From: Candidatus Binataceae bacterium
GTDB lineage: Bacteria; Desulfobacterota; Binatia; Binatales; Binataceae
DNA length: 56,707 nt
NCBI GenBank assembly: GCA_035534935.1
Contig: DATLRA010000071.1
Location: 1-56,707, forward strand
Direction of reading: 5' to 3'
The notes below the pieces were generated by a model. That model was not told the DNA's origin. It was given only the letters and a program-made list of their open reading frames with translations, and made no database searches. Shown here piece by piece: positions 34,739 through 43,718 of the stretch. Each line of letters begins with the position of its first letter. The stretch's first letter is position 1. The translations under genes and the position numbers were made by a program.

Positions 34739-37483
34739 TCAGTCCCCGCCGCGCAGCCGCGCCGCCATCCGCGCCAGCGCATTGAGCGCCTCGACCGGCG
34801 TCATCCGATCGACTTCCAGGCCGCGCATTTCGTCGAGCACGCGGCCCTCGGCCGAGGCGAAAAGATCCATCTGCGCGGTTCCGGAGACGCCGTGGCTATC
34901 GCCGCGGGCGCGCCGCGCCGCGCCCGACTCGTCGAATTCGCCCTGTTCGAGATTGTGCAGAATTTCGCGCGCGCGCACGATGATGCTCGCGGGCAGACCG
35001 GCCAGGCGCGCCACCTCGATACCGTAGCTGCGGCTGGCCGGCTCCTCGATGACGCGGCGCAAAAAGAGCACTTCACCGGCCCATTCGCGCACCGCCATGC
35101 TGAGATTCTTGACCCGTGGACGATCGCGTGCAAGCTCGGTCAGCTCGTGGAAGTGGGTCGCGAAGAGCACTTTCGCCCGGGTCGCGTCGTGCAGATATTC
35201 GGCGACCGCCCAGGCGATCGCCAGGCCGTCGAAGGTGCTGGTGCCGCGGCCGACCTCGTCGAGCAGCAGCAGGCTGCGCGCGCTCAATCCCTCGAGCAGC
35301 CGCGCGCTCTCGCGCATCTCGACCATGAAGGTCGACTCGCCGCGCCGCAGATCGTCGCGCGCGCCGATGCGCGTCAGCACGCGATCGGTGAGTCCCAGGG
35401 CGGCCTCGGTGGCCGGCACGAAGCCGCCCATCTGCGCCATGATCGCGATCAGGGCGACCTGGCGCAGGTAGGTCGATTTGCCTGCCATGTTGGGTCCGGT
35501 AATCAGCAAAAGCTGGCGCTCGGCGGGGTCCGCGTCGAGGTCGTTGGGCACAAACTCGCCGGGCTTCATGCCCGCTTCGAGCACCGGATGGCGGCCGTCG
35601 CGGATTTTAAGCGCCACGCCGGAGTTCATCGCCGGCCGCACGTAGCCGCGCCGCCGGGCGACCGCGGCCAGGGAGCGCAAGGCGTCGAATTCGCCGACCG
35701 CTGCGGCGGTCTCGCGGATCGCCGCGGCCGCGGCCGCCAGCTCGCGCACCAGCCGGGCAAAGAGCTGCATCTCGAGTTCGCGCAGGCTCGCCTCCGCGCC
35801 CAAAATCTTGCGCTCGAGTTCCTTGAGCGCCGGCGTGGTAAAGCGCTCGGCGCCGACCAGCGTCTGCTTGCGCTCGAAGTCGGCCGGCACGCGCTCGAGA
35901 TGGGTCTTGGTCACCTCGAGGTAGTAGCCGAAAATCTGGTTGTAGCGGACCTTCAGGCTCGGGATATGCGTGCGCTCGCGTTCGGCCGTCTCGAGCCGCG
36001 CGATCACGCCGCGTGCGTCCAGGGCGAGCGCCCGCAGCTCGTCAACTTCGGCACTGAAGCCGGTACGGATCGTGTTGCCGTCGCGCGGATTGACCGGCGG
36101 CTCGTCACCGATAGTCGCGTCGATCTGGGCGACGATCGCGGGCATCGGGCTGAGCCGCGCCGCGATCGACCGCAGCAGCTCACTGCGGCTGGCGCTTATC
36201 GCGCCGCGCAGCGTCGCCACCGCGACCAGCGCGTGGCTCAGCCGCGGCGCGTCGCGCGGGCTCGCGCGCAGGCTCCCGATGCGCCCGGCCAGCCGCTCCA
36301 GGTCGCCAATCTCGCGCAGTGCCTGCGCCACCGTGCCGCCGAGATCCGCCTCGAACAATTCCTCGACCGCGTCGTGGCGCGCGCTAATCCGCTCCAGGGC
36401 GAGCAGCGGATAGACGATCCACGTGGCGAGCGTCCGCGCACCAATCGGCGTGATGGTTTCGTCGAGCACCGCGAGCAGCGAGCCGCCGCGCGTCCCGTCG
36501 CTCGACGCGACCAGTTCGAGATGGCGGCGGCTGACTTCGTCGACCAGCATGAACTCGGCCGCGCGGTAGACCCGAGGGGCGCGCAGATGGGCGAGGTCGA
36601 GGCCGAAATTGCGCTCGACATAGGCGAGTGCGGCGCCGGCCGCCGCGGCGAGGCCGTCATCGATCATGCCGCCGTCCGCGGCGTCCTCGAGTACGCGGTC
36701 TTTGGAAGCATCGCCGCTCGTTGCGGCGTCGGAGGCACCGCCGCGCGTGCCGTCGTCTTGCGCGGGTCCGGCGCTATCGCCAAAGCGCGTCGCGATCGCC
36801 GCGCGTGCCGCCGCGGGATCAAATTGTGCGGCATCGATTTCGCTCATCGGACAGCGCAGATCCGCGGCGATCGCGCCGATCCCGGCAGCGCCGCCCGGCG
36901 CGATAATCTCGCGCGGCGCGATGCGCGCGATCTCCTCCTTCAGCGCGGCGACGGTGGCGATGCGCGTGGCGATGAACTCGCCGGTCGAAATATCGATCGC
37001 CGCCAGCGCGAAGCCGTCGCCGGCCGGTGTAGCGGCGAGCAGGAAATTCTTTTCGCCGGCGACCAGGACCATTTCCTCGCCGACCGTGCCAGGAGTAATC
37101 ACGCGCACGATCTGCCGCGCCATCAGGCCGCGCCCGGGCGCCGCGCGCGTCCCGGCCGGCGTCGCGGATTGAAACGCGCCGCCCTTGCCGCTCGATCCGC
37201 CGGCCGCATGCGCGGGCGCCGCCTGTTCGCAGATGGCGACCTTGAGGCCCGCCTTGAGCAGCTTCGCGATGTATGGCTCCGCCGAATGGTAGGGGACGCC
37301 GCACAGCGGCACGCCGTCCTTGGACCGCGAGGTGAGCTGAATCTCCAGGATGCGCGCGCCGGTCTCGGCGTCCTCGAAGAACATTTCGTAGAAATCGCCG
37401 AGGCGAAAAAACAGAATCGCGTCCGGCACACTCGCCTTGACGCTGAGGTACTGCGTAATCAGGGGTGATTGCTTGATCGCCAC
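34739..37483 (-). CDS. mutS: DNA mismatch repair protein MutS
   Basis: The N-terminus has PLITQYLSVKASVPDAILFFRLGDFYEMFFEDA. Walker A is ITGPNMAGKST, and STFMVEM is present. Confidence 0.95.
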   Translation of the reverse strand: MAIKQSPLITQYLSVKASVPDAILFFRLGDFYEMFFEDAETGARILEIQLTSRSKDGVPLCGVPYHSAEPYIAKLLKAGLKVAICEQAAPAHAAGGSSGKGGAFQSATPAGTRAAPGRGLMARQIVRVITPGTVGEEMVLVAGEKNFLLAATPAGDGFALAAIDISTGEFIATRIATVAALKEEIARIAPREIIAPGGAAGIGAIAADLRCPMSEIDAAQFDPAAARAAIATRFGDSAGPAQDDGTRGGASDAATSGDASKDRVLEDAADGGMIDDGLAAAAGAALAYVERNFGLDLAHLRAPRVYRAAEFMLVDEVSRRHLELVASSDGTRGGSLLAVLDETITPIGARTLATWIVYPLLALERISARHDAVEELFEADLGGTVAQALREIGDLERLAGRIGSLRASPRDAPRLSHALVAVATLRGAISASRSELLRSIAARLSPMPAIVAQIDATIGDEPPVNPRDGNTIRTGFSAEVDELRALALDARGVIARLETAERERTHIPSLKVRYNQIFGYYLEVTKTHLERVPADFERKQTLVGAERFTTPALKELERKILGAEASLRELEMQLFARLVRELAAAAAAIRETAAAVGEFDALRSLAAVARRRGYVRPAMNSGVALKIRDGRHPVLEAGMKPGEFVPNDLDADPAERQLLLITGPNMAGKSTYLRQVALIAIMAQMGGFVPATEAALGLTDRVLTRIGARDDLRRGESTFMVEMRESARLLEGLSARSLLLLDEVGRGTSTFDGLAIAWAVAEYLHDATRAKVLFATHFHELTELARDRPRVKNLSMAVREWAGEVLFLRRVIEEPASRSYGIEVARLAGLPASIIVRAREILHNLEQGEFDESGAARRARGDSHGVSGTAQMDLFASAEGRVLDEMRGLEVDRMTPVEALNALARMAARLRGGD

Positions 37484-37624
37484 GATGCTATGCGCCGTTC
37501 AACGCATCAGGATAGCCAGCCGCGCGCGGCGCCGCAAAAGCGCATCCCGGCGGTGCCGCGGCGGACCGGCCGCCAATGCTGCCGCCGCCGGCCGTGCATG
37601 ATCCACGAGGTCGCCGAATAGGCG

Positions 37625-37660
37625 CGCGCCCCGCGCGTCCGTCGGGACGCGCGGGGCGCG
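37625..37660 (-). terminator. Perfect 16-bp GC-rich hairpin (probable terminator or insulator downstream of the lipoprotein gene)
   Basis: CGCGCCCCGCGCGTCC (37625-37640), loop GTCG, then GGACGCGCGGGGCGCG (37645-37660). There is no strong U-tract. It lies between the lipoprotein stop and the mutS start. Confidence 0.45.
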
Positions 37661-37716
37661 GCGTGTGCGATCGTCGGCGGCGTCGGATTTACCCGCGTGC
37701 CGCCCCAGGCCCGGTT

Positions 37717-39057
37717 CTAGAGTACGCCCGGCAGCGGGAAGAAGATCACGCCGTTGCCGTTGTCGCACTGGAACGTGGTCGACGTAGTGCCCGCGCAATG
37801 ACCCGCCGGAGGAGCCGTCGGGATGACACCCGGGCTGCTCAGCAGGGTCGGCAGATCCACCTCGGCGAGGTACGTGAAGGAGGAGTTAACCGCAAATCCC
37901 TTGTGCGGCATGGTGGCGCAATTGCCGACCGCGACGGCGTAGGGGTCGCCCTTGGTGCCCCAGGTATTGTCCGACGGATCCACCGGGAACGTCGACGAGG
38001 TCGCGGTGATATCGCCGCTGACCAGTTGGACCACCGGCGAGGTTGGCAGGGTCAGCAGCGCCATGCCGTTCGATCCGTCCGAGATCAGGAATGCCCAATG
38101 GTTGGCAGCATCGACCGCCGATCCCGCCGTCTCCGACGGCAGTCCGCTGACCAATACCGAGTTGGGTGGCGTGCCGCCCTCATTCAATGTGCATGGCGTG
38201 CCGCTGGCCGGCGCGAATAACGACCCGTTGAGGTTAATCACCGTGGCGTTGTTGGCTTCGTTACTCACGACCGCGATGTTGGTGGTGTTGTCGAGCGAGG
38301 AACCGTCGTTGTCGCTATCGATATTCGTATCGGACAACGTGCAGGTACGGCCGCCGGCGAGATCGGTGGCGCCAATCGCGCCCGTGTTATCGTCGTCGCT
38401 GCCGTCGATCACGACGCCGGTTTTATCGTTGAGCGCAAACGCTTCGGGGTAATTCGCCGGAATGATCGTGCCGAAGACGTGGGTGATGGGGTCAAAGGTC
38501 ACGAATCCCGTGAGCGCGTTACCGCTCGAGCAGGTCGCGCTGTCGCAGGTTGCGATGACCGCCAGATGGGTCGTCGGATCGTACAGAACTTGGCCGAAAT
38601 AACCCGACTGGCTGCCGGTCGGGAAGGGAAAGGGTGAACCGGCCACCAGGTGGTTGGTGGTCTCGTCGATCAGATCGACCGAGCCGTCCTGCCCCGAGGT
38701 CTGGCCGCTGACCACGATGATCAGCGAATGGTCGTTGTCGAGCGCGGTGCCCAACGGAAAGTCCTTGTGGGTGAGCGAGATCGTTGTCAACCGCGGATCT
38801 GAGACATCCGGATCCACGCCCAGGTTGATCACCGTAACCTGCCCATTGCCGTTAACGTCGCCGGTGTCCAGCGGTATGTAGGTCAGCTTGCGGTTGCAAT
38901 CGACCGCGAACACGCCTGAGCCTGGCGCCGTCGTCGAGTGTGGTTTTGGATGAACCACGACCGTGGGACCACCACCGCTGTCTCCGCCGCATCCAGAAAC
39001 CGCCAGCAGAGATCCCGCCAGCAGCGCACTCAGACCAATCCGCTTCAAATTAACCAT
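37717..39057 (-). CDS. Secreted lipoprotein, probable beta-propeller repeat protein
   Basis: Lipobox LLAVSGC, with GGAGGAGG upstream of the ATG. The sequence is rich in T/G/S/D/N with recurring strand-like blocks (VTVINLG..., ATVINLNG...). Confidence 0.7.
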   Translation of the reverse strand: MVNLKRIGLSALLAGSLLAVSGCGGDSGGGPTVVVHPKPHSTTAPGSGVFAVDCNRKLTYIPLDTGDVNGNGQVTVINLGVDPDVSDPRLTTISLTHKDFPLGTALDNDHSLIIVVSGQTSGQDGSVDLIDETTNHLVAGSPFPFPTGSQSGYFGQVLYDPTTHLAVIATCDSATCSSGNALTGFVTFDPITHVFGTIIPANYPEAFALNDKTGVVIDGSDDDNTGAIGATDLAGGRTCTLSDTNIDSDNDGSSLDNTTNIAVVSNEANNATVINLNGSLFAPASGTPCTLNEGGTPPNSVLVSGLPSETAGSAVDAANHWAFLISDGSNGMALLTLPTSPVVQLVSGDITATSSTFPVDPSDNTWGTKGDPYAVAVGNCATMPHKGFAVNSSFTYLAEVDLPTLLSSPGVIPTAPPAGHCAGTTSTTFQCDNGNGVIFFPLPGVL

Positions 39058-39348
39058 CCCCGATAACCTCCTCCGTCGATCCGAATTGAATCACCTATAA
39101 AGTTCCGAACCTCGATTTCGAGCCCACGTCAAGCCGAGATACTATTGAGATCGGCTAGCGCTACTCAAGTATATCCATGAGCACTTACCAAGACCTTCGA
39201 GAATTTTTTGAATCGCTGATGCGACCTGTGGACGGCGCCTCGCCCATTCGATGGACTAGCCGGCGTCAAGCGCCGAATCCGGGCGCCAAGCTCACAACGC
39301 CTGACCGTTGGCGGCCGCGCCGCCGCGCAATTAGAATCCGCACTATCG

Positions 39349-39972
39349 ATGAACCCGATTACTTCCGCGCGCGAAATTGCGGCGGCCGGGATGCTCCTGG
39401 CCTCTTATCCGCTCGAGGTGCTCACCCGCCTGCAATTTCCGCGCGGCTGGCGGCGCTCCCGCGACACCGTGATTCTCGCGCACGGCCTGGACGGCGATCG
39501 CACGAATCTGCTCGCCTTCGCACTCGCCCTCAGGCTCGCCGGTTTCGATACGCTCGGCTTCTTCGAGTATCCAGCGCGCCAGGCACTGGAGGTGTCGGCC
39601 GCGCAGATGGCCGAGATGGGCGCGCAGGCCGACGGCGGCGCGGGCGTGCATCTCATCGGCCGCAGCCTCGGCGGGCCGATCGCGCGGATGGCGGCCGCGC
39701 GATCGGCCAACGGCGGCGTTCGATCATTGGTGACGATCGGCTCGCCCTACGCCGCCGAATGTCACAGCCCGTCGGAAGTGGCGATCTTCGGCGCCGAAGA
39801 TCCGATCGTGCCGCCGCCGCGCGGCGACCGCTTTCCTCACGGAATGTTCAAGCGAATGATCGTGCTGCGTAACACCGGCCATTTAGGCGTGCTCTATCAT
39901 GAGCGGACGGTCTGCGTGACGTTGGCGGAGCTCGCGGCCCACCGCGCCGCCTCGCGATCGGCGCAGGGGTAA
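39349..39972 (+). CDS. Alpha/beta hydrolase (lipase/PGAP1-like)
   Basis: VILAHGLDGD and a nucleophile elbow HLIGRSLGG, then VTIGSPY. Confidence 0.7.
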   Translation: MNPITSAREIAAAGMLLASYPLEVLTRLQFPRGWRRSRDTVILAHGLDGDRTNLLAFALALRLAGFDTLGFFEYPARQALEVSAAQMAEMGAQADGGAGVHLIGRSLGGPIARMAAARSANGGVRSLVTIGSPYAAECHSPSEVAIFGAEDPIVPPPRGDRFPHGMFKRMIVLRNTGHLGVLYHERTVCVTLAELAAHRAASRSAQG

Positions 39973-40007
39973 GCGCGCCGAGCTTTCAGAACACCGAAGT
40001 GGCTTCG

Positions 40008-40646
40008 ATGACGATTTCCGCGAGCGCGATAATTCTGGCCGGCGGAAAAAGCTCCCGTATGGGTCTGCCCAAGGCGACTTTGCCATTTGGCCGGGCGACC
40101 ATTATCGAGCGCCTGATTGCTGAGCTGGGCGGCGCCTTCGCCCAGGTTATCGTGGTCGCCGCGCCGGCTGCCGACGAACTATTCTCAATCGACCACCTGC
40201 TCGCGGCGTGGCCGCACGCGGAGTTGGTGCGCGACGCCGTCGCCTACGCGGGTCCCGCCGTGGCGCTGGGCCGGGGGCTCGCCCATGCGCGCGGCGAAAT
40301 CGCCTTCGCCTGCTCGTGCGATTTGCCGCTGCTCAACGCCGGCGTCGCGCGCGCGCTGTGCGCGATGATCGGATCGCACGACGCCGTGATGCCCGAGGTG
40401 GATGGCCGCCTGCAGCCGCTGCACGCGGTCTACCGGCGCGCGCCGTGTAGCGCGGCGCTGGCTGCGATGACCGCGGGAGACGAGCGGCGGCTTGGCGCAA
40501 TCGCCGATCGGATCGATGTGCGGCGGGTCACCGCGATCGAGATGCGGCGACTCGACCCCGATCTGCTGAGTCTCCTCAACGTCAACACGGCCGAGGATTA
40601 TGCCCGCGCGTTGCGCCTGTTGCGGATGTCGCCGGCGCCTCGCTAG
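40008..40646 (+). CDS. mobA: Molybdenum cofactor guanylyltransferase MobA
   Basis: Has the AIILAGGKSSRMG motif and a typical length of about 210 aa. An alternative GTG start lies at 39999. Confidence 0.85.
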   Translation: MTISASAIILAGGKSSRMGLPKATLPFGRATIIERLIAELGGAFAQVIVVAAPAADELFSIDHLLAAWPHAELVRDAVAYAGPAVALGRGLAHARGEIAFACSCDLPLLNAGVARALCAMIGSHDAVMPEVDGRLQPLHAVYRRAPCSAALAAMTAGDERRLGAIADRIDVRRVTAIEMRRLDPDLLSLLNVNTAEDYARALRLLRMSPAPR

Positions 40647-40682
40647 TGTGGCGTCCCATTAATAAGTTTACCAAGGTTATAC

Positions 40683-40773
40683 CCGCACGGGATTCTTCGC
40701 TGCGCTCAGAATGACAGCAATAATGGGCACTTCTTGTCATTCTGAGCGCAGCGAAGAATCCCGATCCGTGCGG
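40683..40773. repeat. Palindromic intergenic repeat element, copy 2
   Basis: Left arm ...GGGATTCTTCGCTGCGCTCAGAATGAC (to 40715), 20-nt spacer, then right arm GTCATTCTGAGCGCAGCGAAGAATCCCG... (from 40736). It lies between the convergent mobA and gcvPB genes. Confidence 0.8.
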
Positions 40774-40805
40774 AGTCTTCGTCAAGTTATTTGCGGGACG
40801 CCTCG

Positions 40806-42323
40806 CTAGCCGCTCTTTTCCCAGCGCAGGATCGGCCGTCGCGCCGCCGTGACTTCGTCGATGCGCCCCAGGCGCAGGGTCCGCGGTGCGCGCTTAACGG
40901 TCGCCGGATCGGCGATCGCCTCATCATAAATCTGCTCCATCGCGGCGATAAAGCGATCGAGCGTCTCGCGGCTTTCGGTTTCGGTTGGTTCGATCATCAG
41001 CGCGCCCGGCACGACCAGCGGAAAGTAAATCGTCGGCGGATGAAAGCCGAAGTCGAGCAGGCGCTTGGCGATATCCAGCGTGGTCACGCCGGTGCGCTGT
41101 TCGAGATCGTGGGTCAGCACGCATTCGTGCATCGCCGGCGCGGCCGACGCGCTCGGATAGCGCTCGGCCAGGCGCTTGCGCACGTAGGCCGCGCCCAGGA
41201 TCGCGAGCCGGCTCGCCTCGGCCAGTCCGTCGCCGCCCATCGCGATGATATAGGCGTAGGCCCGCACCAGCATCCCGAAGTTGCCGTAGAACGATCGCAG
41301 CCGGCCGATCGAGTCGGGGCGATCGGAGTTGAAGTCCCACGCGCCGTCGCGCCGCACAATCCGCGGCGTGGGCAGGAACGGCTCCAGATGCCGCTTGACC
41401 GCCACCGGACCGGCACCCGGGCCGCCGCCGCCGTGCGGCGTCGAGAAGGTCTTGTGCAGGTTGATATGGACGATGTCGGCGCCCATGTCGCCCGGTTTGG
41501 CGACGCCGAGCAGCGCATTGAGATTGGCGCCGTCGAGATAGAGCAGGGCGCCGCGCGTGTGCAGCGCCGCCGCAATCTCCTCGATCTCCGGCTCGAAGAT
41601 GCCCATGGTGTTGGGATTCGTGACCATCAGCGCGGCGGTGTCGTCGTTCAGCAGGCGCTGGATTTCGCGCGCCTCGAGGTAGCCGCGCCGGTTCGATTTC
41701 GCGACCACCACCTCGAAGCCGGCCAGCGCGCAACTCGCCGGATTGGTGCCGTGCGCGGTATCCGGAATGATCACCTTGCGCCGCACGCCGCCGCGCCGCG
41801 CCTCCCACGCGCGAATCATCAGCAGCCCGGCCAGTTCGCCCTGCGCGCCTGCCGCGGGCTGCAGCGAGACCGCGTCCATCCCGGAGATTTCCGCCAGCGC
41901 CGCCTCGAGCCGCACCATCAGTTCGAGCGCGCCCTGCGCCATCGCGGTGGGCGTCAGCGGGTGGAGCGTGGCGAAGCCGGGCAGCGCCGCCATCTCGTCA
42001 TTGAGCACCGGGTTGTACTTCATGGTGCAGGAGCCCAGCGGATAGAACTGCATCGCCTGTCCGAAGTTCAGTTGCGACAGGCGCAGGAAATGGCGCAGCG
42101 CCTGCGGCTCGCTCACTTCGGGAAAACCCTCGAGATCGTCACGGCACAGATCCGCGCCCAAGATCGCGGCCGCGCGCTCGGCACTGGCCGCGCCGCCGCG
42201 CAGATCGATACCGCGCCGGCCCGGCGCCGACTCCTCGAAGATCAGCGCGACCGCGGCGCTGTCGGGGCTCGCGATCGGCGTCTTCGGCGCCCCCGCCGGC
42301 GTGAGCTTCTTCGCCTCCGTCAT
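40806..42323 (-). CDS. gcvPB: Glycine dehydrogenase (aminomethyl-transferring) subunit 2
   Basis: Has the PLGSCTMKYNP motif and the PLP-lysine region NLHKTFSTPHGGGGPG. The start overlaps the gcvPA stop (TGATG). Confidence 0.93.
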   Translation of the reverse strand: MTEAKKLTPAGAPKTPIASPDSAAVALIFEESAPGRRGIDLRGGAASAERAAAILGADLCRDDLEGFPEVSEPQALRHFLRLSQLNFGQAMQFYPLGSCTMKYNPVLNDEMAALPGFATLHPLTPTAMAQGALELMVRLEAALAEISGMDAVSLQPAAGAQGELAGLLMIRAWEARRGGVRRKVIIPDTAHGTNPASCALAGFEVVVAKSNRRGYLEAREIQRLLNDDTAALMVTNPNTMGIFEPEIEEIAAALHTRGALLYLDGANLNALLGVAKPGDMGADIVHINLHKTFSTPHGGGGPGAGPVAVKRHLEPFLPTPRIVRRDGAWDFNSDRPDSIGRLRSFYGNFGMLVRAYAYIIAMGGDGLAEASRLAILGAAYVRKRLAERYPSASAAPAMHECVLTHDLEQRTGVTTLDIAKRLLDFGFHPPTIYFPLVVPGALMIEPTETESRETLDRFIAAMEQIYDEAIADPATVKRAPRTLRLGRIDEVTAARRPILRWEKSG

Positions 42324-43672
42324 CAGCGTGCTCCGGCGAGAGTTGCGCACAGCCGTTCGAGATCGCTTGCCGAATTCAGTTCGGTGACGGCGATCAGAAT
42401 GCCGTCGCCGAGCTCGGGATAGTCGTGCCCGAGCGCCCATCCGGCGAGCACGCCATGCTCGGCGGCAGCGGCCAGCACGCGCGCCGGATCGTCGTGCGCA
42501 ATCGTGAACTCGTTGAAGAACGCGCCGCTGAAGCGCCGCCGCAGCCCCGCCGCCTCGAGCATCGCCAGTGCGTCATGTGCCAATTCGACATTGCGCCCGG
42601 CCAGCTCGCGCAGTCCGCACCGGCCCATCAGTGACAGGTAGGCGGTCGCCGCCAGCGCGCACAGCGAATGGTTCGTGCAGATGTTCGAGGTCGCCCGTTC
42701 GCGCCGGATATGCTGCTCGCGCGTGGCCAGCGTTAGGCAAAAGGCACGGCGCCCGGCGCTGTCGCGGGTCTGTCCGACCAGCCGCCCCGGCATCTGCCGC
42801 ACCTGCGCCGCATGCGCGGCCAGAAACCCGACACCCGGTCCGCCGAATTGCACCGGCATCCCGAAGCTCTGACCCTCGCCAACGGCGATATCCGCGCCGA
42901 GCGCGCCCGGCGCCTTGAGCAGGCCGAGCGCGAGCGGTTCGGCGGTGACCGCGATCGCCAGCGCGCCCGCGCGATGCGCCATCGCGGCGATTTGGCCGAG
43001 CGGCTCGATCACGCCGAATGCGTTGGGATAGCCGGTGACCGTGCACAGTAATCGATCGCCGCAGATCCGTTCGAGCGCGCCCAGGTCGGTTGCGCCAGTG
43101 GCCGCGTCGATCGGTACTTCGACCAGCTCGAATTCGCCGAGCGCGCTGAGGTAGGTACGAATCGTCGCGCGGTAGTCGGGCCATAGCGCGCGCGAGACCG
43201 CCGCGACGGCGCGTTTGGGCAGCACCCGATGGGCCATCAGGACCGCCTCGGCCGCCGCCGACGCGCCGTCGTACATGCTCGCGTTGGCGACCTCGAGTCC
43301 GGTCAGTTGCGTGATCAGCGTCTGGAACTCGAAGATCGCCTGCGTGGTGCCCTGGCTCGCCTCGGGCTGATAGGGCGTGTAGCTGGTGGCGAATTCGGCG
43401 CGCGCGGTGATCGCGCGGACGGCGGCCGGCACGTAATGGCGATAGTAGCCGCCGCCCAGAAAGCTCACGCATTCGCCGGCGGCGCGATTTTGCCCGGCCA
43501 GTGCGATCAGTTCCGCCGCCACTTCGGCCTCGGTGCGGCCGGCCTCCAGCCGGATCGCCGCGCGCGCGCGCAGTCCGGCCGGTACGTGCGCGATCAGGTC
43601 GTCTAGATGCGCCACGCCGAGCGCCGCCAGCATCGCCGCGACGTCGGTCTCCGTGTGGGGAAGAAATCTCAT
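42323..43672 (-). CDS. gcvPA: Glycine dehydrogenase (aminomethyl-transferring) subunit 1
   Basis: MRFLPHTETDVAAMLAALG N-terminus and SYTPYQPEASQGTTQAIFEFQT. The start is set at the internal ATG 43672. Confidence 0.93.
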   Translation of the reverse strand: MRFLPHTETDVAAMLAALGVAHLDDLIAHVPAGLRARAAIRLEAGRTEAEVAAELIALAGQNRAAGECVSFLGGGYYRHYVPAAVRAITARAEFATSYTPYQPEASQGTTQAIFEFQTLITQLTGLEVANASMYDGASAAAEAVLMAHRVLPKRAVAAVSRALWPDYRATIRTYLSALGEFELVEVPIDAATGATDLGALERICGDRLLCTVTGYPNAFGVIEPLGQIAAMAHRAGALAIAVTAEPLALGLLKAPGALGADIAVGEGQSFGMPVQFGGPGVGFLAAHAAQVRQMPGRLVGQTRDSAGRRAFCLTLATREQHIRRERATSNICTNHSLCALAATAYLSLMGRCGLRELAGRNVELAHDALAMLEAAGLRRRFSGAFFNEFTIAHDDPARVLAAAAEHGVLAGWALGHDYPELGDGILIAVTELNSASDLERLCATLAGAR

Positions 43673-43718
43673 TTGATTCAGCTTTCCTCGTACTTCAGTT
43701 CGCGCACCGCCGATCGGC

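Noticed and set aside
39177-39872. 231-aa ORF overlapping the alpha/beta hydrolase gene in another frame.
   Set aside because: The translation is Arg/Pro-rich and low in complexity. The overlapping frame (39349-39972) carries the hydrolase nucleophile-elbow motif.
40582-40785. 67-aa ORF (…CHSERSEESR…) between mobA and gcvPB.
   Set aside because: It is encoded entirely by the palindromic repeat arms. The same repeat yields …VILSAAKNPGIL… strings at the other locus. It is a repeat-derived spurious ORF.
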